Shown: positions 1-33,919 of the stretch, in pieces
Layout of the letters: every line of letters starts with the position of its first letter
How positions within the stretch are numbered: position 1 is the first letter of the stretch
NCBI GenBank assembly: GCA_020137815.1
Contig: CM035354.1
Span: 5,022,001 to 5,086,000, forward strand
Source: Hormiphora californensis
Lineage: Eukaryota > Animalia > Ctenophora
Direction of reading: 5' to 3'
DNA: 64,000 nt
Program-made: the position numbers and the translations under genes
The notes under the pieces: model-generated
The model's input: only the letters and a program-made list of their open reading frames with translations
Database searches by the model: none
Told to the model about the DNA's origin: nothing

Positions 1-213
1 TAAATATTCGTTACATGCTGTCATTTTGGGTAATATGTAGATGTCAGTTTATCAATGAGGCAAAACTGCGGGCTCCATTACGACAGAATATGTTATCCAC
101 TTAACTATATGATAGAGATCCCTCTGAGGAGCTCTGAGATGCAGCCATTACATAACACTGTCGCAGAAACAGAGTAGCTAAGAACGTACAATATTCCTCC
201 ACTATAATACCTA

Positions 214-3200
214 CCCTACTAAAATATAGTTCGACGCGACGCGACGCGCGATCGATGAACGATCGATAAACGATCGATAACAGGGTGTGAACTGCATGTC
301 GTGTTTGCTAGTCGCGAGCGCGCTTGCGAGACAAGCAAACACGTCAAGGTTCATTAACAAGCATGCTGCTCAGTCATTTTAGATTTAATACACAATGTAA
401 GGATACCATATAATAGGTGAGACTCTTGCCGTCACCCTCGTTCAAGTCCCGTGAAAAACGGAGCAGTACACGCAAACTGATGCCCATTTTCCTCGCGTGA
501 CCCCGATTCAGCAGTTTGAGACACCAACTCTTTAGGGGGCCATATCTCAGGAACCAGACAAGATAGGAAAAATCGCCGTCTAACGAGGCGTACAGTTTTT
601 AATCTAGTTTACCACTGTACCGGCCGTTTCACTCTCCGACCTAAAACAAAAATCGCAACCCCACAAAACTTCAAAATAATGAAATTCGCATCTCGCATGT
701 CGTGTTGCATGTCGTGTCATGTTATTGACGCGCTCGCGTTCAACTCTCACACAGCAGCTGCAGAACATGGCGGGAAACATCGAGGAGTAGAGAGAGGGTC
801 GGTGCCGAATCAAATATTTCTTGATCTTGATTTACTCCATCTCTCAGCTTACCTACATCCCATTTACTCCATATCTCAGCTTCCCTACCTCCCATTTACT
901 CCATCTCTCAGCTACCCTAGGGAAGCTGAGAGATGAAGTAAATGGGAGGTAGGAAAGCTGAGAGATGGAGTAAATGGGTGGTAGGGTAGCTGAGAGATGG
1001 AGTAAATGGCAGGTAGGGAAGCTGAGGGATGGAGTAAATGGGAGGTAGGTAAGCTGAGAGATGGAGTAAATGGGAGGTAAGGTATTAGGGAAGCATAGAG
1101 ATGGAAACGATTAGGGGTAGGGAATCCCTATCCATAATCGTTTCCATCTCTATGCTTCCCTAGCCCTCATCAACTCCATCTTTCAGCTACCCTACCCCTA
1201 ATCTAGTCCATCTCTCCGCTACCCTACTCCTCATCTACTCCATCTCTCAGCTTCCCTACCTCCCATTTACTCCATCTCTCAGCTTACCTACATCCCATTT
1301 ACTCCATATCTCAGCTTCCCTACCTCCCATTTACTCCATCTCTCAGCTACCCTACCTCCCATTTACTTTATCTCTCAGCTTCCCTACCTCCCATTTACTC
1401 CATCTCTCAGCTTCCCTACCTCCCATTTACTCCACCGCTTACCTTCCCTACCTCCCATTTACTCCATCTCTCAGCTTCCCTACCTCCCATTTACTCCATC
1501 TCTCAGCTACCCTACCTCCCATTTACTCCATTTCTCAGCTTCCCTACCTCTCATTTACTCCATCTATCAGCTACCCTACCTCCCATTTACTCCATCTCTC
1601 AGCTTACCTACCTCCCATTTACTCCATCTCTCAGCTTCCCTACCTCCCATTTACTCCATCCCTCAGCTACCCTACCTCCCATTTGATCCACCTCTCAGCT
1701 TCCCTACCTCCCATTTACTCCATCCCTCAGCTACCCTACCTCCCATTTGATCCATCTCTCAGCTTCCCTACCTCCCATTTACTCCATCTCTCATTTATCC
1801 TAACATTCCTACCCCTGAGAGATGGAGTAAATGGGAGGTAGGGAAGCTGAGAGATGAAGTAAATGGGAGGTAGGAAAGCTGAGAGATGGAGTAAATGGGT
1901 GGTAGGGTAGCTGAGAGATGGAGTAAATGGCAGGTAGGGAAGCTGAGGGATGGAGTAAATGGGAGGTAGGGAAGCTGAGAGATGGAGTAAATGGGAGGTA
2001 GGTAAGCTGAGAGATGGAGTAAATGGGAGGTAAGGTAGCTGAGAGATGGAGTAAATGGGAGGTAGGGTAGCTGAGAGATGGAGTAAATGGGAGCTAGGGT
2101 AGCTGAGAGATGGAGTAAATGGGAGGTAGGGAAGCTGAGAGATGGAGTAAATGGAAGGTAAGGTAGCTGAGAGATGGAGTAAATGGGAGGTAGGGAAGCT
2201 GAGCGATGGAGTAAATGGAAGGTAGGGTAGCTGAGAGATGGAGTAAATGGGAGGTAGGGAAGCTGAGAGATGGAGTAAATGGGAGGTAGGGTAGCTGAGA
2301 GATGGAGTAAATGAGAGGTAGGGAAGCTGAGAAATGGAGTAAATGGGAGGTAGGGTAGCTGAGAGATGGAGTAAATGGGAGGTAGGGAAGCTGAGAGATG
2401 GAGTAAATGGGAGGTAGGGAAGCTGAGGGATGGAGTAAATGGGAGGTAGGGAAGCTGAGAGATGGAGTAAATGGGAGGTAGGGAAGCTGAGAGATGGAGT
2501 AAATGGGAGGTAGGGTAGTTGAGAGATGGAGTGAATGGGAGGTAGGGTAGCTGAGAGATGGAGTAAATGGGAGGCAAGGATGGAGTAAATGGGAGGTAGG
2601 GAAGCTGAGGGATGGAGTAAATGGGAGGTAGGGAAGCTGAGAGATGGAGTAAATGGGAGGTAGGGTAGCTGAGAGATGGAGTGAATGGGAGGTAGGGTAG
2701 CTGAGAGATGGAGTAAATGGGAGGTAGGGAAGCTGAGAGATGGAGTGAATGGGAGGTAGGGAAGCTGAGAGATGGAGTAAATGGGAGGTAGGTAAGCTGA
2801 GAGATGGAGTAAATGGGAGGTAGGGTATCTGAGAGATGGAGTAAATGGCAGGTAGGGAAGCTGAGATATGGAGTAAATGGGAGGTAGGTAAGCTGAGAGA
2901 TGGAGTAAATGGGAGGTAGGGAAGCTGAGAGATGGAGTAAATGGGAGGTAGGGTAGCTGAGAGATGGAGTAGATGAGGAGTAGGGTAGCGGAGAGATGGA
3001 CTAGATTAGGGGTAGGGTAGCTGAAAGATGGAGTTGATGAGGGCTAGGGAAGCATAGAGATGGAAACGATTATGGATAGGGATTCCCTACCCCTAATCGT
3101 TTCCATCTCTATGCTTCCCTAATAGGGAAGCTGAGAGATGGAGTAGATGAGGAGTAGGGTAGCTGAGAGATGGACTAGATAAGGGGTAGGGTAGCTGAAA

Positions 3201-3936
3201 GATGGAGTAGATGAGGGGTAGGGTAGCTGAAAGATGGAGTAGATGAGGGGTAGGGTAGCTGAGAGATCGAGTTGATGAGGGGTAGGATAGCTGAGAGATG
3301 GAGTAGATCAAGATCAAGAAATATTTGATTCGGCACCGACCCTCTCTCTACTCCTCGATGTTTCCCGCCATGTTCTGCAGCTGCTGTGTGAGAGTTGAAC
3401 GCGAGCGCGTCAATAACATGACACGACATGCAACACGACATGCGAGATGCGAATTTCATTATTTTGAAGTTTTGTGGGGTTGCGATTTTTGTTTTAGGTC
3501 GGAGAGTGAAACGGCCGGTACAGTGGTAAACTAGATTAAAAACTGTACGCCTCGTTAGACGGCGATTTTTCCTATCTTGTCTGGTTCCTGAGATATGGCC
3601 CCCTAAAGAGTTGGTGTCTCAAACTGCTGAATCGGGGTCACGCGAGGAAAATGGGCATCAGTTTGCGTGTACTGCTCCGTTTTTCACGGGACTTGAACGA
3701 GGGTGACGGCAAGAGTCTCACCTATTACATGGTATCCTTACATTGTGTATTAAATCTAAAATGACTGAGCAGCATGCTTGTTAATGAACCTTGACGTGTT
3801 TGCTTGTCTCGCAAGCGCGCTCGCGACTAGCAAACACGACATGCAGTTCACACCCTGGATAAACGATCGATATCGATCGTTTATCGATCGTTCATCGATC
3901 GCGCGTCGCGTCGCGTCGAACTATATTTTAGTAGGG
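214..3936. mobile_element. 3.7-kb foldback (long-TIR) non-autonomous DNA transposon with internal minisatellite
   Basis: Unique arm 214-~830 is a near-perfect inverted copy of ~3306-3936 (identical mirror ORFs 604-813/3325-3534). Termini CCCTACTAAAAT...ATTTTAGTAGGG, flanked by TA at 212-213 and 3937-3938. Confidence 0.9.
831..3306. repeat. 32-bp minisatellite (GAGAGATGGAGTAAATGGGAGGTAGGGAAGCT) in blocks of alternating orientation
   Basis: Unit read directly. The spurious ORF 1795-2577 has a 32-aa (3x32 bp) period. Strand flips near 920, 1122, 1800, 3083 and 3122. Confidence 0.95.
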
Positions 3937-5103
3937 TAGATGAGTATTACAACTGGCACACCGTCTGAGTTCCATATAAACCCTTGGTTACGAAGTCACC
4001 CCTATTATTGCATATAGGGGTGACAATACCGCCTACCTAAAAATGAAAATTTACGGGACCTTCTCATAAAAAGTTATCGAAAACTTGTCTAAAACCTATC
4101 TAAAACGTATGGTACTAGTTTGTATAGTAACCAGGACCTGAATTCTACAGAAAGTAACGACCGGTAGCGATTACACCACATGTTTAACAACAGAGGTGTG
4201 TCGCATAACTCCTTATATGGGCATAAAATTCCAATCTTGTGGAATTTTTTCTGACTCGACTATAGCTTAGTTATCAATGAATCCACCTCTAATACCTTTG
4301 GAATGGCATTTTGCACATTTCTGAAGGTTTTTGTAGCCAAATTCCAGCATCTTCATAGTTTTCCAAAAACAAAAACAGTGTTAATGGCCAAAATATCGAA
4401 AAATTCCGGTATGTAATGGTAGCTCAGACAATTTCCTCGGTATGTTCAAAAAATTAGAACTTTCTGTTTTGTAGTTTGGACACAGGAATTTTTTTCCCGC
4501 CGTACAAGCGATATTATTACCCCTCCGTGAGCTAGCGCAGAGGGGGAATTTCATTACCAATATAAACCCAGGGGGAAGATATCCTGCAATCACAATCAGC
4601 ATACCCAGTACTGTATGTGTATGTGGTTTTTCTCGACCCGTGTCTACTGCATTATACCTCTTTTGTACTAAGTGAGACGAGAACTTGGGCAACTGATTGA
4701 AAAAGTAGAGGTGGTATCGTTAGATCAATAAATGATATTGCCTTGTTCGACCCTCAAAAAACTAAGATGATATTCATCTATTTTTTTCTCAGTGGAGATT
4801 GGTTGATGGCTTAATATAGCACCTTTAATAATCTCATTCTGGGAATTCACCGGAATATTTCCCGGCTGAAGGCACATTAGAAACTTAAATTGATGGTTCC
4901 TTTTGTTTTTAACGCAGAGCCGGCAAGACAGCTCTAATTGCATTTGAATAAGATTGAATCTCGGCAATAAACGGATTCAAAAGGGGGACCTAAAACGATA
5001 GACATTTAAAAAATGAATAGAATTTTCTAATTTCGATACTACACCTGGTGTCACATGGTTGTTTAGTCCATGTGTGAAAATAGAATAAAACAGTTCTGAA
5101 ATA

Positions 5104-5566
5104 GACAGCATCAGGTCCTAAATCATGATTAATCAGTAACCGTTACCGACCTGTGACCTGCACTTGAGAATTGAAATAATAATATAAGACGTATAGCCCA
5201 TGGCAGTGTCGAAGTAGTGTGTAATAGTACAATGGGAGTACACCTGCTGCAGCATCTGCAGCTGAAAGAGGGTAGCTCCATTGCCTTTTAAAATGAAATT
5301 GTTTTTCACTGACACCTAGCATGGTATTGCATAGTTCATACCCCAGCTCAGCTGTGCAGCTCTGGAGGGCATGCAGCTCTAATAAGGGTAAAGGGGGTGA
5401 GGGTTCAAGAAAATGACAGTGGTCAAAGTGATAATAGCGTCTGCAGCTGATCTGCTAGGAATAACGGTTTTTTAAAGAAATAATCTGATTATTTATTTCA
5501 ATTCTCAAGTGGTCACAGGTCAGATAACGGTTACTGATTAATCATGATTTAGGACCTGATGTTGTC
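5104..5566. mobile_element. MITE-like element with ~80-bp imperfect TIRs
   Basis: GACAGCATCAGGTCCTAAATCATGATTAATCAGTAACCG at 5104 is inverted at ~5490-5566; no clear TSD. Confidence 0.65.
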
Positions 5567-5856
5567 GGATATAATCCAGCTGAAATTCTATTTCATCAAT
5601 CAATCAGAGACCAGGATCAACCAATCAGAGGGCAGGAATCCAAATGTTCCATTTTATTAACCAATCAGAGCTCTGATTAGTTAATAAATCAAAGGTCTGG
5701 ATTCCAAATGAAGACCTGCGGTTGGTCTGTTTTCCCGCTAAATTGAGAGTGCCCGGAGAGAGCTAATCTAAATCCCAGCTACTCTTTGTTTCAATATTAC
5801 GAAATTATTCTTAAGAGCAAGCCCTGGCCTACTATAATATTGCACTGGGACATATA

Positions 5857-7265
5857 GGGGGGGTTCCAACCTATTTCTTGTATGTTTGTACGAAAAAAAA
5901 ACAGGGCTTTCCTAAAACAAAAAAATACAAAAAAATACAAAAAAGTACAAAAAAATACAAAAAAATAAAAACAGTTTTATATGGTAATTTACCATTATTG
6001 TTCGAACTTTTACTGTTTTTAAACATTCTTCCACGCTATTTCACGCAATTTAGCACAAAATATATACATATTTTACATATGTAGCATGCCAAAATCGCGA
6101 GAGAAGTTTCCCCGAATCGCAATTTCTTACCGAGAAAATTTTCTCGAATCGTATTTTCTAAGCGAGAAATTTCCCCGAATCGCAATTTCTTACCGAGAAA
6201 ATTTTCTCGAATCGTATTTTCTAAGCGAGAAATTTCCCCAAATCGCAATTTCTTACCGAGAAAATTTTCTCGAATCGTATTTTCTAAGCGAGAAATTTCC
6301 CCGAATCGCAATTTCTTACCGAGAAAATTTTCTCGAATCGTATTTTCTAAGCGAGAAATTTCCCCGAATCGCAATTTCTTACCGAGAAAATTTTCCCGAA
6401 TCGTATTTTCTAAGCGAGAAATTTCCCCGAATCGCAATTTCTTACCGAGAAAATTTTCCCGAATCGTATTTTCTAAGCGAGAAATTTCCCCGAATCGCAA
6501 TTTCTTACCGTTTATGTATAGCTGGGTTCCGTTTATGTTCATGTACATGTATTATTTATACTTTTTTCACGCACCCACATCCTTCATTATTTTTTTGTAT
6601 TTTTTCCCTGCCCGGGTGAATGCCGAAGGCATTCACCCGGATGCCTTTTTACTTTGTAAAAAGGCATAGCAGGGTTAGAATTCGAAAACGACATTTTGGT
6701 ATACTAACTAATCGGTAGAGGGACATTTTTTGGTCACACTTTCGTTGCGAGGGCAACGGTGTAGCAACTAGAGCCGCGCGCACAGTGACGAGCTACTCCT
6801 TCATCAAACACCTCATTGGCACAGTTTCATGGACGTGTGTGCGCGCGCCACTCAACAAAACATGAAATGATCTGCCGCGCGTTTCGCGTGTTACATACAC
6901 ATTTTCATCTTGCGAGTCGAGTGTGAGATGTTAGATAAGTAGTTAAGTTGGAATGTCAAAAGCTGGTTAGCAAGTATCATGTGATTGGGAGTTAGCTAAC
7001 TCTAAGCTATGTGAGAAGTATACTGACAGCTAGATCGTATGCATCTCACATTACATTATGACCAAGCCTTGATCCTGTTGGCAGTGACAATGTCACTGAC
7101 ATGTGAAACGGTAGGGCAGGGAAACACAGCATTATGAATACATAATGCAATAATTCTTGTTTTTGTATTGTTTGTATGGAAAAAAACAGGAATTTTGGAT
7201 ACTTTTATGTATGGTCCGTACAAAAAAATACAAAAAAATACAAAAAAATAGGTTGGAACCCCCCC
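5857..7265. mobile_element. Non-autonomous DNA transposon with G7 termini and 8-bp TSD
   Basis: TIR GGGGGGGTTCCAACCTATTT; TSD GACATATA at 5849-5856 and 7266-7273; subterminal TACAAAAAAA repeats. Confidence 0.9.
6097..6510. repeat. 63-bp tandem repeat (~6.5 copies), a dimer of ~31-bp palindromic subunits
   Basis: Period 63 (21-aa period in ORFs 6036-6548 and 6086-6619); contains the palindrome CGAGAAAATTTTCTCG. Confidence 0.95.
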
Positions 7266-7760
7266 GACATATACCATTATATCTACAGCGTTAGACTCTG
7301 TTTCAGAATGCATTAGACGCCTTCTAGAATGACCATAGACTCGATCTATATTTGTGCAATGTGTTCATTTTGGATTCTTTATGAGAGTCATGTGCTTTAG
7401 ACAGAAACTCGTTTACAAGTTTGAATATATTGAATATATTGAATATTCATGGTATTACAATACTCTATATATAAGCCAAGCCCCCTTTCACAAATTTAAA
7501 GTGGAATCCAATCAAAAGGTTTGTTGGTGTTCTCGAATGGTGAAGAAGCATTCAAGAAGAAGAAGACGAGCCATTAGTGAGTCCAATAAACAATAATGGG
7601 AGGGAAATGGAAACCATATACCCGTCTAGTCAGGTTATATACTCCAATTATTATAGCAGCAATGGTTTACATTTCACAATCTCTCAAGGGAAAGCTGTCA
7701 GGCAACACGCTGGCAAAGGCAAGGCGACAAGAGGGGTTTCAATCGAAGCTTATTGAAACC

Positions 7761-7850
7761 TTGGTAACGCAATTACCCCTACATTGCGGGTACGCTAAAA
7801 CGTGCCTTACTATCGCAATGCCCTATGTAGAGGGGTAATTTCGTTACCAA
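7761..7850. mobile_element. 90-bp micro-MITE (TTGGTAACG family), 9-bp TSD
   Basis: TTGGTAACGCAATTACCCCT...AGGGGTAATTTCGTTACCAA; TSD ATTGAAACC at 7752-7760 and 7851-7859. Confidence 0.85.
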
Positions 7851-8405
7851 ATTGAAACCCGCCTGATCACTATAATAGTTGTTACCAGTGGGCCACTGTT
7901 TTTATAGAATCGTTGGACATGATTGAGATTCAAGAAAGACAAAGTCTTTTTGGGTCATAGACTCTATCTAGGACGGGCAGCTAGCTAGGTATGGACAACC
8001 GTTAACTGCAGCTAACGGTTGTCCATACCTCTATACTTGATGTCATGGACTGGCTAAAACCGGTTCCTGGAGACTTGGCAGCTAAATCCTGATCTAGCAA
8101 GCTTTCAATGTTTTAATTTACTGTGAAACACGATCGTTTAGCACGCAAAATGCCGTTTTCAAATACCGTTTTTCTACTGCAATTGCGCCACTGATACTAA
8201 TAACTGTAGCTGAATATCTCGACTAAATATCGAAGGAAAGCTATTTGAAACAAATCATGGCTCGCTATTCATCCTGATAAGCTGCAAAATCGATATATGC
8301 CGTGAGTGTGATTATGGCGCGAGAGAGCGATAGAGACTGTGAGAGAGATACTGCAATTTATGATTCGATCTCGCATCTTCAAGCAAAGCTATCAAATATT
8401 GAAAT

Positions 8406-9098
8406 GGGGGGGATCCCATGGTATACTTTGGTATACTTTGGCACTTTCCACAACTTTTTCAGCGATTTTCCATATACCAAAGTATACCAAAGTATACCAA
8501 AGTATACCAAGGTATACCAAAGTATACCATAAAAATTTTGAAAAAGGTAAAATTTAAGCGATAAGTTAACATAAATGACTAAATTTGTAAAACTACATCC
8601 TTATTTCTTTATAAGTTGGTAATATAACGCTTATTAAACCGATTTTTACGTTTTTGTTACATCATCCGGCTAGTGCTTCTAGGCTTGCCACTCGGGTTCG
8701 ATTCCCGGTGAAGGCAATTTTTGAAAAATTTTTGGAGACTTTACCAAATACTATTTGAATATTTTCTTGACTTTTTAAAAGTTTTTTTATCATACTCAAA
8801 TGGGTCCCAATTTGTCAAACCCCAGTTTTCTGACTCACCATTTTATAGGTAATATTTTCCCTCGATTCTATGAATTTAGCCTATTTAGCACCATTGTCCA
8901 ATTTTATGAGTCAAGAAAGTTTATATAAAATGTTTTAAAGCCTTAACTGTTGTAAATTAACACTTTAAAGTACTTTAAAGTTATTAAAAAGATATGGTAT
9001 ACTTTGGTATACTTTGGTACTTTCCACATATTTTTTTGGGATTTTCCATATACCAAAGTATACCAAAGTATACCAAAGTATACCATGGGATCCCCCCC
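8406..9098. mobile_element. MITE with G7 termini, 10-bp subterminal repeats, 8-bp TSD
   Basis: TIR GGGGGGGATCCCATGGTATACTTTGG; TSD ATTGAAAT at 8398-8405 and 9099-9106; arrays of GGTATACTTT/AAAGTATACC. Confidence 0.9.
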
Positions 9099-9232
9099 AT
9101 TGAAATGTATCTAAATGTGATAAATATTGGATTATAGAGATGCAAATCTAAATTGAAACTCATTCTCCGAACTTCTCTCCCATCGGAATATAACTTTATT
9201 TCTAGAAATATATACGTTATTAACTAACGGGA

Positions 9233-10525
9233 GGAGGGTGAGATTCCTTCCCACGCCCTTGAGATGCAGGCCGCGGCTAATGTCTATTTTTTTAGATAGC
9301 AATAGTGTCCTACAGACCAGGCAGGGAATCTTCAGGGGTGACCCGGCATACCCCGGGGTAAACCATGAAGCTCTTGAACTGCCTGGAGCATCTCACATAC
9401 CACTCCAAGGAAACAGAGCTGCCCTCCTTGGGTGGTGTGTTTTTCTCTCTTCCTTTCTCTAATCCGCTCATGACTCATCTCTCTCTGAATAGAGATACCC
9501 CCCGGCCGGTATTACACCATCTCCCCAGCCTTGTGCACTGGGCCAAAGTAGATGGCTAAATACCGGCCAAAACCCGTCCTCCAGCAAAAGTCCAGGCTGG
9601 AGGAGGTCTAATCTCAACTGGCCGCCCTCTACCTTCTGTCCACCTAGCCTCTGGACAGGTATAAAAGGTCTAACAAGCTAGGTCATAACTGGTTAGCTAC
9701 CACCGACTCTCGGCAAAATTCCCACGCCGAGGTCGAGATAAACTCAAGGGGTGTTTCCGTAGCCCAACAGGGAGAAACTACACTAACCAGTAGCCTCGCT
9801 ACTACCTACGCTTCTTCAAAAGTCCATGAGAAGCGTAGGATATTCCCAAATGGCGATTACCCCCCAAACGATGAAGGTAACAAACCAACATCATCATTCT
9901 CTACCAACAAACAAGCCTCCACAAAAACCTGATCAACAAACAGAACAAACCACTATCCCATGCTACAAAACAAATTTCTATGAGTGACGCACATAGATAC
10001 CTAACCCACTAAACATTTCACACGCCAGAGTTCCGTTAATTGGGAAGGAACCTGCCCTAACTACCCCATGAACGGCCGGACGCTGCATCTGCATCACGAA
10101 CAAAAAGTGATGTTCCATGAACCCACATGGAGTACTGATTACAAATCAGAGGTTGGCAGCGCAAAATCTACAAAGGTGCCATAGTCAATGGAGCGTCCGA
10201 ATTGTCCTAGCCAAGGCCACATCTAGAGCGATCAATGCTGAGATGCCACTCACCAAGGGTCGCTGGAGATATCCGAGACTGGCACAATGTGAAAACAGTG
10301 CTGGTGCGGTCCTCTTCATGGGACCTGTTAAGATAGTTATGGGAGACGATTCCACCCTTATCTCCAAAACCATGGACATAAGATGGAGGAAGAAAACTCT
10401 CCCGGGGGAAAGAGGAAACTCTGGAACCTGAGCTCCGTCCTTCTCGGGCGTGAGGAACTGGCTACCTGACGGGATAAAATCACAAGTAGAGGATTGGAAG
10501 CGGAGGCGCATACAACAACAACAAC
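9233..10525 (+). mobile_element. Non-coding non-LTR retroposon copy (possibly RTE-mobilised) with (CAA)n tail
   Basis: Ends in (CAA)n at ~10512-10528; 11-bp direct repeat AACTAACGGGA at 9222-9232 and 10526-10536; no RT ORF. Confidence 0.65.
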
Positions 10526-11399
10526 AACTAACGGGAAATTCAAGTTATTGGCCCAGCCTTAAGGAAGTGGTCATTATAGACGTGCAATCGATGTGCATAG
10601 AGCGCTTATCGTCGACCATGCAGTAGCGGTCTGATGGATTCTTCTCACGTTGCTATTCTTAATTTATAGAGTCCATGAAATGACTGGGTTATTTGAAAAG
10701 TGAAGAGGAAGGGCCTTGGTTAATGGTTAGTCATGGGTCTGTATAATGGAAATGAGTCAAGATAAACCACCCTCCCTGTCCATAACCCCCGGCTCTCATA
10801 CGGGGGTTATCAGATAATTCCCTCCCCCGGAGGGATGGTTTATAACAAATAATCCCGCTGATAATTCCCTCTCCTTCGGCTCGTAAATTATCACACGTAA
10901 AATCACGTCCTCTCTGCGGTCGTCGGGATGAACTATGATTTACTGTCCCCGGGCAGTATATCAAAAATGATCCTGCAAGACAGCGGGGTTCCGGTTATAT
11001 ATCGATAAAATATCTCTTGCAAAAGTTCATTATTAATGACTTGAAGGACAAAAAAGTCATTAATCATGTTCCACTTCCATACAGTGGTGTGGTACCGGGT
11101 CCAATGTCCATATATGTCCCGGGAAATCATGTAGGGCCACCGCCTACTGCATCAGTCAAGCCGTTTACTATTATTGTTGGCTGGGCAGCTGATGAATTGA
11201 CGATCGATATTGACCTGTGATTGCTGCCCTCAGATTAAAAATATGTTGCTCTGTACCGACTGAGCTAACTCGAGCTTTACCAGATTGCTGCTATACGCAG
11301 TGAATGGTCTAACCAGCTGTATAACCTTTGCGTAATGGCATACGTTCCTAGTGTAACTCATAACACCCAATAGGTTATCTAATCGATCACCCATTACAG

Positions 11400-33471
<22,072 letters not shown>

Positions 33472-33535
33472 GAATTATAGTGGCCTTGATTTTGAAAGAC
33501 AGAAGAAAGAGGGCGAAAGACGGCGAGAGAGAGAA

Positions 33536-33593
<58 letters not shown>

Positions 33594-33919
33594 CCCGAGA
33601 TCAGATTCAGATATCAGAATGATAAAGACCCATTCAGATAATGTACAGGTTGCAACTTGTGATGTAAAAATGTAAATACACTGTGTGATTAAGTAGTTGA
33701 TGAACGGCCGAGGGGATATGTGTGAAATTGTGCTTAGAATTTCCAATTCGTTTATTCTAAATTGCAAAATGATTTGTGTTTCTCATTTGTAAAACGGTGA
33801 AAAGTGCAGGATTTTAAATTTGGGATAAATCTCATTTTCATTGGCTAACAAAATTACACTTTTTAAAAACGCACTCTCATAAAAGATTGTCTTTAGCTCT
33901 AAAAATCCAGTCCCACAAT

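Noticed and set aside
831-3306. 32-bp repeat array as a CRISPR, or the 260-aa ORF as a gene
   Set aside because: Units are contiguous with no unique spacers, there are no cas genes, and the ORF just translates the minisatellite.
604-3534. Duplicated ORFs 604-813/3325-3534 and 679-936/3175-3459
   Set aside because: Mirror images produced by the inverted arms; no coding features.
6036-6619. Repeat proteins of 170 and 177 aa on both strands
   Set aside because: Translations of a stop-free 63-bp tandem repeat inside a MITE.
8660-8720. tRNA gene
   Set aside because: Only a T-arm is recognisable; no D-arm, anticodon arm or acceptor stem.
10740-11110. Hairpin-rich tract (also ~4500-4600) resembling Crypton-type repeats
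   Set aside because: No boundaries, TSD or coding evidence could be defined.
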